The translations under genes and the position numbers were made by a program. The notes under the pieces were generated by a model, which saw nothing but the letters and a program-made list of their open reading frames with translations, had not been told where the DNA came from and ran no database searches. From Thermomicrobiales bacterium (GTDB taxonomy: Bacteria > Chloroflexota > Chloroflexia > Thermomicrobiales > UBA6265): 64,000 bases of DNA. Location of the stretch: assembly GCA_023957015.1 (NCBI GenBank), contig JAMLHR010000010.1:8693-72692 (forward strand), read 5' to 3'. Numbering within the stretch: position 1 is the stretch's first letter; the number at the start of each line of letters is the position of its first letter. Positions 18,384 to 25,821 of the stretch are shown piece by piece.

Positions 18384-19985
18384 ATGTCGAATAAGGGAGA
18401 ATCAGCATCGACACTTAGTTGGAGCAATCCAAGACATCTCGTCAAAATAGCCCCCAGCGGGAGAGTATGCTATGTCATATGCAATCCTGATGGATCTCTA
18501 ATAGAGAGAGACGCTTATGATTGGCAGTCTACATGGCGAGGGAGGTGGCACTACAGCGAAGGCTGTCTGTCTATCAGAATCGGCCCATATGAACTCTGGA
18601 CCAATCCTAACTCTGTTGAGGCCGTTGAGATCGACCATCGCGATCCTGACCGCTCATCAACACCATTCCTAGTCTTACCCGTTATGACCTCAGAGGCATG
18701 GTCCGTTGGTGGTATGAGACCAGCATTCCTCAAGCTTACGAAACCAGGAGATCGATACGAACCCAAGATATCGGAGCTGGGGAATCGAGGCACTGTACTG
18801 GATTACTCCGCTGTCCGTGGCATGGAGGATTGGGTATGGAACGGCAAGTGGGAACATCGACTAGATTCCTACACAGTAAATATTGAGGACAAGTGGATTT
18901 GGTCTGGAAGTCGTGTCCAAGGATATGGGCTGCTGCGTGGGAGAGAGAAAGGCGAAGAAGGCGAATGGGAACTCAATGCCATCTCTGTGCTACTACCACA
19001 TTGTGGTATTCGGGAACCAATGCACGATCGTTCTCCAAACGAAGAAAATCCAATAGAGAATCCTTCGATTATGGCTGGCCGGAAGAAACGTAAGGGATCC
19101 GCTCTGGAGAATTGGGAGATCGAGACGCTGAAGCATGGAGTGGTAGAGAGCAACTGGTATTGCTCATCCTGCCCAGACCTGTTCGAACCAGATGACCAGG
19201 GTCTAGCAATCTCTTCATTCAAAGCAGACGTTTTGATAGTAGTAGCAACCGAACTCGAACGACGGTACGCCCTCAATCTCCTTACACCATTGCCTGGACA
19301 CCAACAACCGGCCGAACGAGCGTTTTCCTCTCATACATATGTGTTTGGTATGATCGGCTCACATTACGTTGTTATCCTGATGGTGGCACCCGGGACGGTC
19401 GATATGCGGAGTGTAGATTTGGCAACTACTTCCGCAATTGCCCACTGGGATCCTCAGGCAATCATAATGGTTGGTATCGCCGCTGGGAACACCTGGAAGG
19501 AGAATCAACATATCGGCGATGTACTGGTGGCGCATTCGGTTCAGTCTTACGAGCACAAGAAGGTCCGTGATGGGAACCTAGAATACCGAACCTATGACAC
19601 TCCTCCGGCTCACAGAGCATTGGTGGACCGTTTTCATCACCCGACTGGTTGGAGATTCATCAAACCTGATGACACAAGTTCTGAAATACACTATGGTCGC
19701 TTGTTGAGTGGGAATACCCTTGTCGCAGATGCGCAGTACCGCGATGACCTATTTAAAGATTTCCCGGGTTCCATCGGAATTGAGATGGAGGGAGTCGGTC
19801 TTGCTCGAGCAGCGACTTACTCAGACAAACCTTGGATATTGGTCAAAGGTGTCGCTGACTGGGCGGATGGGAACAAGGGAGAACGGACCGATCTTTATCA
19901 GGAGATAGGTGCGGCAGCGGCAACGAGTTTGATAGGCACGGTCCTTTCAAGACACTCTGCTTTGGAGGGTCTCAAGAGAAAATAA
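18384..19985 (+). CDS. Two-part protein: unrecognised tandem Trp-rich N-terminal domain (aa 1-280) + PNP_UDP_1 / MTA-SAH-nucleosidase-like phosphorylase-fold domain (aa ~281-533)
   Basis: Strong SD GGAGGTG before the ATG; more AT-rich composition. C-terminal motifs occur in fold order: ADVLIVVATELE, IIMVGIAAGN, GDVLVAHSV, GIEMEGVGLARAA, ILVKGVADWADGNK. The N-terminus contains two related ~85-aa units (WRGRWHYSEGCLSIRIGPYELW / WNGKWEHRLDSYTVNIEDKWIW). Confidence 0.75.
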   Translation: MSNKGESASTLSWSNPRHLVKIAPSGRVCYVICNPDGSLIERDAYDWQSTWRGRWHYSEGCLSIRIGPYELWTNPNSVEAVEIDHRDPDRSSTPFLVLPVMTSEAWSVGGMRPAFLKLTKPGDRYEPKISELGNRGTVLDYSAVRGMEDWVWNGKWEHRLDSYTVNIEDKWIWSGSRVQGYGLLRGREKGEEGEWELNAISVLLPHCGIREPMHDRSPNEENPIENPSIMAGRKKRKGSALENWEIETLKHGVVESNWYCSSCPDLFEPDDQGLAISSFKADVLIVVATELERRYALNLLTPLPGHQQPAERAFSSHTYVFGMIGSHYVVILMVAPGTVDMRSVDLATTSAIAHWDPQAIIMVGIAAGNTWKENQHIGDVLVAHSVQSYEHKKVRDGNLEYRTYDTPPAHRALVDRFHHPTGWRFIKPDDTSSEIHYGRLLSGNTLVADAQYRDDLFKDFPGSIGIEMEGVGLARAATYSDKPWILVKGVADWADGNKGERTDLYQEIGAAAATSLIGTVLSRHSALEGLKRK

Positions 19986-20139
19986 GCACCCCTATTGCTT
20001 CGTTTTCATAGTCGCAGCCAAGACTCCGGGGACCAGGGTCCGCGCTGAAGACGGCAGCTTGCCTCCCTCCGCTATTCGTTCTGCACACTCGGCCACCTTC
20101 GGTGCCCCGGATCCGCAGGTGAGTCACGGCAGTTGTGGC

Positions 20140-20418
20140 CTACCCTTCGCGCATGAAGACGAGCTTCCATTCCCGCACGGTGGCACCGGTGATCAATCCA
20201 GCCTTGCTGAACGGATCGTTGGCGAGCAGCGTCTGCGCCTCGGCCAGGTCCTCGGCATCGTAAATGATCAGCGCACCGCTCCCATCCACGAACGGACCGG
20301 AGCTCTCCAGCTTGCCGACATCCAGGAGTTCCTGTAGGTAGGCGCGATGCGTCGGTCGTACCTCGTTGAGGCGATCAGCATCGGTGGTGTACTCGAGTAC
20401 TGCTGCAAAATACGCCAT
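20140..20418 (-). CDS. YciI family protein
   Basis: 92 aa. MAYFAAVLEY...RPTHRAYL...GPF...DPF matches the YciI-like pattern. Confidence 0.85.
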   Translation of the reverse strand: MAYFAAVLEYTTDADRLNEVRPTHRAYLQELLDVGKLESSGPFVDGSGALIIYDAEDLAEAQTLLANDPFSKAGLITGATVREWKLVFMREG

Positions 20419-20441
20419 TTTTCTCCCCTCTCTCCTGTGGA

Positions 20442-20548
20442 CCCGGGGTTAAGGGCGGCAAGCTGCCGCCTTCGGCACCCGGAGGCCATATCGGTTCTCT
20501 CCACCCCCGGACTAAGGGCAGCAAGCTGCCGCCTTCGGCATCCGGGGG
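20442..20548 (+). repeat. Tandem GC-hairpin repeat, family R3 (2 units, ~63-bp period)
   Basis: CCCGGGGTTAAGGGCGGCAAGCTGCCGCCTTCGGCACCCGGAGG and CCCCGGACTAAGGGCAGCAAGCTGCCGCCTTCGGCATCCGGGGG. Each unit folds around GCGGCA-AGC-TGCCGC. An inverted partial copy lies at 20047-20068. Confidence 0.6.
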
Positions 20549-20603
20549 CTACGTCTGGACGCTTGCAAACCCGCATATGAAATGCGGGCCTACACCTTGG
20601 TCG

Positions 20604-21044
20604 TTATCCCTCGAAGGTGATCTTCACGTCCATCGGCACATTGCCGCGAATGGCGTTGCTGATCGGGCAGGTCTGCTCGGCGGTGGTGGCGAGCGCTTCA
20701 AACTGCTCGGCAGTCAGACCCGGCACCTTGCCGCTGATCTCGACATTGGCGTGCTTGATCTCGAATCCGCCGCCGTCCTTGGGACCGAAGCCAACATCGC
20801 TGCTCACGGTCAGCGATTCCGGCGGGGTGCCATTGTTGGTCAGTGTCGCGCTAAGGTTCGTCGCCAGGCAGCCACTGTGGCTTGCCGCCAGGAGTTCCTC
20901 CGGGCTGGTCCCGCCGTTAGCATCGCCAACGCGGGTCGGCAGAGTCACCTTCTGCGTGCCAAGCGCACCGGTCTCGCCAGTGACGCTACCGCCACCGTTG
21001 TGGAGATCGCCAGTCCAAACAGTTGTTGCCTTACGAGTTGCCAT
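20604..21044 (-). CDS. osmC: OsmC family peroxiredoxin
   Basis: 146 aa. SPEELLAASHSGC and EQTCPISNA carry the two conserved Cys motifs of OsmC. Confidence 0.85.
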   Translation of the reverse strand: MATRKATTVWTGDLHNGGGSVTGETGALGTQKVTLPTRVGDANGGTSPEELLAASHSGCLATNLSATLTNNGTPPESLTVSSDVGFGPKDGGGFEIKHANVEISGKVPGLTAEQFEALATTAEQTCPISNAIRGNVPMDVKITFEG

Positions 21045-21096
21045 GATTACGCCCTTTCTGTGAAACGTCCTGTTCCAGTGTTACCTATCGCACGCG

Positions 21097-22569
21097 TTAT
21101 GCCAACGGCTCGTCCATGAAGACCGTCTTGGTCTGGGTGTAGAACTCGACCGCGGCCTTGCCCTGCTCGCGACTATAGGAGCTGCTGCCCTTGTAGCCAC
21201 CGAATGGCAGCTGGTACTCGGCACCGGCGGTCTCGCTGTTGATGTGCACCATACCGGCCTGAATCTCACGGGCAAAGCGCATGGCCTTACCGAGATCGCG
21301 GGTGAAGATACTGGCACTGAGTCCGTACTTCACGCTGTTCGCCACGTCCATGGCTTCGTCCATGTCATCAACCGGGATCACGCCCAGTAGCGGACCGAAG
21401 TACTCCTCCTGACCCATACGGGAATCCGATGAGACGTTCGTAAACAACGTCGGTGTCACAAACGCGCCCTGGGCTAACTCATCGGGTCGATCACCGCCCA
21501 TCACATGCTGGGCATCGGTCTCCTTGGCAGCAGCGATCTCCTTCATCAACCGATCGGCGGAAGCATCGTCGATAAGCGGACCCATCTGCGTGGCTTCGTC
21601 CAACGGATCACCAACAACCAGTGTGCTCAGGCGCTGCTGGAGCAAATCAGTGAACTCAGCGGCAATGCGACGATCGACGATCGCACGACTCGTCGCCGTG
21701 CACTTCTGACCGGTCGAATTCATGGCTCCGGCCACAACCTGCTGGACAGCCTGTGTCATATCGGCATCCGCCAGAACGATTGCCGGGTTCTTACCACCAA
21801 GCTCCAACTGGACCTTGGCACCGCGATTCGCAGCCTTGATGCGAATCCGGTTACCAACAACTCCACTACCGGTGAAGCTGATGGCGGCAACACGGGGATC
21901 ATCGACAAGGGCGTTACCGACGCCACCAGCAGGACCGGTGACGACGTTGACAACGCCCTTCGGTAGACCAGCATCCTCCAGAATCTCCGCCATCAGCATG
22001 GCACAGACTGGCGCGGCGGAGGCCGGCTTAAAGACCACCGTATTACCGAACGCAATCGCCGGTGCTGTCTTCCAGACCGGGATCGCGATGGGGAAGTTCC
22101 AGGGCGTAATCAATCCAACGACACCCAGCGGCTCGCGCACGGAATAGAGCATCGTCTTGGGATTGGCACTGGGATAGTGATCGCCGTTTGGTTGCAGTGT
22201 CTCACCGGCGTAGTAGCGCATGATATTAGCAGCGCGCAACGCCTCACCGACACCTTCCTTGATCGTTTTACCTTCCTCGCGGGTCAGCACGCGACCAATC
22301 TCGGCGGAGCGTTGCACGAGGAGATCGGCAGCCTTGTATAGGATGTTGGCGCGCTCAAGGGCACCGGTTCGGCTCCAGGTCTTGAAGGCTTCAGCAGCGG
22401 CATCCACCGCGGTGGTCACATCGGCTGGTCCACCAACCGCCATGTGGGCGACGATCTCCTCCCGGTTCGCGGGATTACGGACTTCAAACGTCGCATCGGT
22501 GTGGACCCATTCACCATTGATGTAGTTGCCATAGACGGGAGCGCCATCTCGCAGTTCGTGCTGTGCCAT
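21097..22569 (-). CDS. NAD(P)-dependent aldehyde dehydrogenase
   Basis: ALDH motifs: FTGS, the LELGGKNP glutamate site and the catalytic Cys region GQKCTA. The ORF is open to GTG 22599, but ATG 22569 follows GGAGAA. Confidence 0.9.
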   Translation of the reverse strand: MAQHELRDGAPVYGNYINGEWVHTDATFEVRNPANREEIVAHMAVGGPADVTTAVDAAAEAFKTWSRTGALERANILYKAADLLVQRSAEIGRVLTREEGKTIKEGVGEALRAANIMRYYAGETLQPNGDHYPSANPKTMLYSVREPLGVVGLITPWNFPIAIPVWKTAPAIAFGNTVVFKPASAAPVCAMLMAEILEDAGLPKGVVNVVTGPAGGVGNALVDDPRVAAISFTGSGVVGNRIRIKAANRGAKVQLELGGKNPAIVLADADMTQAVQQVVAGAMNSTGQKCTATSRAIVDRRIAAEFTDLLQQRLSTLVVGDPLDEATQMGPLIDDASADRLMKEIAAAKETDAQHVMGGDRPDELAQGAFVTPTLFTNVSSDSRMGQEEYFGPLLGVIPVDDMDEAMDVANSVKYGLSASIFTRDLGKAMRFAREIQAGMVHINSETAGAEYQLPFGGYKGSSSYSREQGKAAVEFYTQTKTVFMDEPLA

Positions 22570-22617
22570 TGTCTTCTCCATAAGGGGTAGACGAGCCACC
22601 CCGCTACCAAATCATGA

Positions 22618-23688
22618 TCACCAATCAATCCGGGCGGAACGATTTTGCAGTACCAAATCGGCCAGGACCAGCGCCAACATCGCCTCCAACACCGGCACGG
22701 CGCGAGGCACAACCGAGGGATCGTGGCGACCGTACACGATGATCTTCTCTGGATCGAGATTCTTCGTCACCGTATCCTGCTCGCGCTCGATCGATGAGGT
22801 TGGCTTCACCGCCACCCGCACGATCACGTCCTCACCGGTGCTAATACCACCCAGCGTACCACCGGCGTTGTTTTCGCCAATCCGTACCTGTTCACCATCG
22901 AGCAGAAACGGATCGTTGCTCTGCGAGCCGCGCATCCGCGACTGCTGGAACCCACGACCGATCTCGACGCCCTTGGTCGCCGGCACACTCAGCATCGCCT
23001 GTCCGATCAAGGCATCCAGTTTGTCGAATGTGGGCTCACCGAGCCCTGGTGGCATATTGACGGCCCGAATCTCAACGATACCGCCGAGGCTATCCTTCTC
23101 CTCCTTGGCCTGGAGAATGGCGGCGATCATCTTCTCGGCGGCAACGGGATCGGCGGCGCGAACGATGTTACGCTCGATGGCATCGCGATCGAATGTCTCG
23201 CAAGCGATACCACCGATCTCCTGGGCAAAGGCATAGACATCGATACCGACGCTGGCGATGATCTTCTTGGCGATCACACCGGCCGCAACGCGTCCCCATG
23301 TCTCCCGGGCAGAGGAACGGCCACCACCACGATGATCGCGGTGACCGTACTTGCGCCAGTAGGTATAGTCGGCATGTCCCGGACGGAAGACCTCACGCAA
23401 GTTATCGTATTTGCTGCTGTCCGCATCCTTGTTGTAGGTGATGAGACAGATCGGTGCACCGGTGGTGACATCCTCGTAGACACCGGAGAGGATCTCAACG
23501 GCATCGCGCTCACCCCGGGGTGTGGTGACCTTGCTCTGCCCTACTCGTCTTCGATCCAGGTCCTTCTGGATCTCCTCGGTGGTTAAGGGGATACCCGCCG
23601 GTACACCGTCGATCACTACACCGAGTGCGGGGCCATGACTCTCACCCCAGGTTGTGATACGGAAGATCTTGCCGAAACTGCTACTCAT
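22618..23688 (-). CDS. aroC: Chorismate synthase
   Basis: 356 aa. FRITTWGESHG, GRSSARET and GGISTGE motifs. Confidence 0.97.
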   Translation of the reverse strand: MSSSFGKIFRITTWGESHGPALGVVIDGVPAGIPLTTEEIQKDLDRRRVGQSKVTTPRGERDAVEILSGVYEDVTTGAPICLITYNKDADSSKYDNLREVFRPGHADYTYWRKYGHRDHRGGGRSSARETWGRVAAGVIAKKIIASVGIDVYAFAQEIGGIACETFDRDAIERNIVRAADPVAAEKMIAAILQAKEEKDSLGGIVEIRAVNMPPGLGEPTFDKLDALIGQAMLSVPATKGVEIGRGFQQSRMRGSQSNDPFLLDGEQVRIGENNAGGTLGGISTGEDVIVRVAVKPTSSIEREQDTVTKNLDPEKIIVYGRHDPSVVPRAVPVLEAMLALVLADLVLQNRSARIDW

Positions 23689-24587
23689 GCGTTATTCGCC
23701 TCATCAAACAGGATTCCATACATATCGTAATCATCGTTCGGATAGCGCTCAAAACCAGCGCGACGATAGAGTGCCTGGCTGGCCACATTATCCGCTTGCG
23801 TGCACAGGGCCGCGTTCTTACGTTTCAGATCTGCCATACGCTGCATGGCCGCCATCAAGGTGTCAGCACCCAGTCCCTTCCCCTGATAGTCGGGGTGAAC
23901 GGCGATACGGTCAAGATGACCGAACTTCTGATAAAAGGTGGTGCCGTAATAGGAGGTTACTTCGTCATCGATCATACCCACCCAGACTTCAACGGAGGGG
24001 ATACTCATCCACCAGGCGAACTCAGCATGGCTGTTGCCCCAAATCGGTCCGAAGGCGGCGTGATCCAGGGCGATGATCTGCTCGATCAGCGGCAGATCAT
24101 CCATCGTGACCTGGACAAACTGCTGGACTGATTCCCGGTTCACATCCAGATAGTCCTGGACGCGATGATGAACGAAGGCGATCACCGTCTCTAGCCGCCG
24201 CATACCGTTGCGGAGGTAGAACTCTGGACGACGCTTCTCGTAACTCTCGGAGGCGATGATCCCGCGCATCCCACGCGCTCGCGCAACCTGAACCATTGCC
24301 TGGACCAACTCATCCTCGTGTGTAAACGCTGTCAGGTCCCGGATCATCGGGATATCGGCGCGATGCCGCCACGGCGACGCCAGCAGGAACTCGCCACTGG
24401 CAGGATGCCACTGACTGATTCCGGGCATCTCATAGAGTGCCCGCGCAATCGCATCGGCGGCAATCCGGGGATGGTTCGCCAGGTACAACTGGCGGATATC
24501 GCCCTGCGTAAGTGGAACCACCTGATTCGGATCGGAGCGACACTCTGGCTTGTTTGTCAGTGAAAGAATGGTCACTTCAGCTTCCAT
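23685..24587 (-). CDS. GNAT family N-acetyltransferase with an N-terminal extension
   Basis: 300 aa. The C-terminal half carries the acetyl-CoA motif HPDYQGKGLG...ALYRRAGF. A 4-nt overlap with the aroC start suggests an operon. Confidence 0.7.
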   Translation of the reverse strand: MEAEVTILSLTNKPECRSDPNQVVPLTQGDIRQLYLANHPRIAADAIARALYEMPGISQWHPASGEFLLASPWRHRADIPMIRDLTAFTHEDELVQAMVQVARARGMRGIIASESYEKRRPEFYLRNGMRRLETVIAFVHHRVQDYLDVNRESVQQFVQVTMDDLPLIEQIIALDHAAFGPIWGNSHAEFAWWMSIPSVEVWVGMIDDEVTSYYGTTFYQKFGHLDRIAVHPDYQGKGLGADTLMAAMQRMADLKRKNAALCTQADNVASQALYRRAGFERYPNDDYDMYGILFDEANNA

Positions 24588-24629
24588 GCGGCAGAGGGCT
24601 GCAGATGCGCCCGCAGCTTCATTCTACCG

Positions 24630-24995
24630 CTACCGCAGCATCTCCGCGATATACGCCACCGCGATCGCTTCCACCTGATCGGCATCATGAGCGGCGGTAT
24701 CGATGACCAGATCAGCGGCGGCGTAGGCGGTGGCGAGTCGGTCATGTTGGCGGACGTAGACGGCCTCCAACCATTCCGGACTGCGACGCTGGCGTACAAC
24801 CTCCAGGCTGACATCCAGCGCGATCACCACATCCGGATCCTTTCTCCGCCAGAGATCGCGCACGGCACTGTGTTCCTGCGCGACAGCGTAGGCATCGTGA
24901 CCATGTGACCGCAAACGTTCCACCAGCGTTGACTTTCCGCTCGCACACGGCCCGACAACAACGATGCGTGGAAGGCTACGATCACTCTCCATCAT
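24630..24995 (-). CDS. Small P-loop NTPase/kinase-like protein
   Basis: 121 aa with Walker A VVVGPCASGKST. Its start overlaps the stop of the upstream PP2C gene (ATGA). Confidence 0.6.
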   Translation of the reverse strand: MMESDRSLPRIVVVGPCASGKSTLVERLRSHGHDAYAVAQEHSAVRDLWRRKDPDVVIALDVSLEVVRQRRSPEWLEAVYVRQHDRLATAYAAADLVIDTAAHDADQVEAIAVAYIAEMLR

Positions 24996-25723
24996 GTCAC
25001 CGGGAAGCTCGCCTGAAGCCGTCGGATCGCCATCGGTTGCGTCACCTTACCGACCGAGACAACCACCACAGCCGTATCGTCACCCGGACGTTCGTTGTCG
25101 CGCATTCGGGCGTGATCCAGCACCATATCCGCCACCTCCTGCGCGGGACGGGATTGCCCCAATACGTGCTTTGCCAGTTGTTGGTAGTCAATCGGCGGCA
25201 GTTGCTGCCGCAATCCGGAATGCGTCACCCCATCGGTAAAGAGCACCAAGGTAACACCATCCTCCGCCGGAAAGTGCTGCACCGCCGGTCGCGTGAACTT
25301 GGTACGACCAATCGGTCCGCTATCCATCGGCACCACGCCGATCTCACCGTCTTTGCGCAATAGCATCGGCGAATCGGCATTACGCGTGACCACGACCTCG
25401 CGCGTCTGCATATCAACCGAGACGAGATCGAGCGTCGCCGAGACCTGACCGTGGCGAAACGCGAAGAGGAAATCGTGCGTCGCGCGCGCGACAGCACCAT
25501 CGCGGACGCCATCCTTGACCAATCCCACCGCCTTGGCCGAGAGAAGCAGGCTGAGCGTTTTGGCGGCCTTACCGCTCCCCTGCCCGTCGATCATGATCAC
25601 ACTGAAGCCACCACCCGGGCGCTCGACCAGTTCAACGGTATCTCCACTCTCACGACTGGCGTATTTGTGCGTCTTCGCCAACGCGACATCAATAGTGAGA
25701 AATTCCTGATCAAGCAATTTCAC
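24992..25723 (-). CDS. PP2C/SpoIIE-family serine phosphatase
   Basis: GDTVELVERPGGGFSVIMIDGQGSG...LVLFTDGV...DDTAVVVV is the PP2C/SpoIIE motif order. The track ORF extends to 26026, but that extension is Arg/Ser-rich and overlaps the divergent HAD-trmD start. I place the start at GTG 25723; this is uncertain. Confidence 0.7.
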   Translation of the reverse strand: MKLLDQEFLTIDVALAKTHKYASRESGDTVELVERPGGGFSVIMIDGQGSGKAAKTLSLLLSAKAVGLVKDGVRDGAVARATHDFLFAFRHGQVSATLDLVSVDMQTREVVVTRNADSPMLLRKDGEIGVVPMDSGPIGRTKFTRPAVQHFPAEDGVTLVLFTDGVTHSGLRQQLPPIDYQQLAKHVLGQSRPAQEVADMVLDHARMRDNERPGDDTAVVVVSVGKVTQPMAIRRLQASFPVT

Positions 25724-25821
25724 GTCCGGCGCATCCTGTATCAACTGATAGTCGTTCCCGGCATCATACCACCCGGCATATTCGGTACACTGCCTGTGAT
25801 TTACACCTGACCGGGGACGCC

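Noticed and set aside
20442-20548. Possible CRISPR array
   Set aside because: There are only two repeat units with a ~20-nt linker. The units are long imperfect palindromes, there are no unique spacers of CRISPR size, and there are no cas genes.
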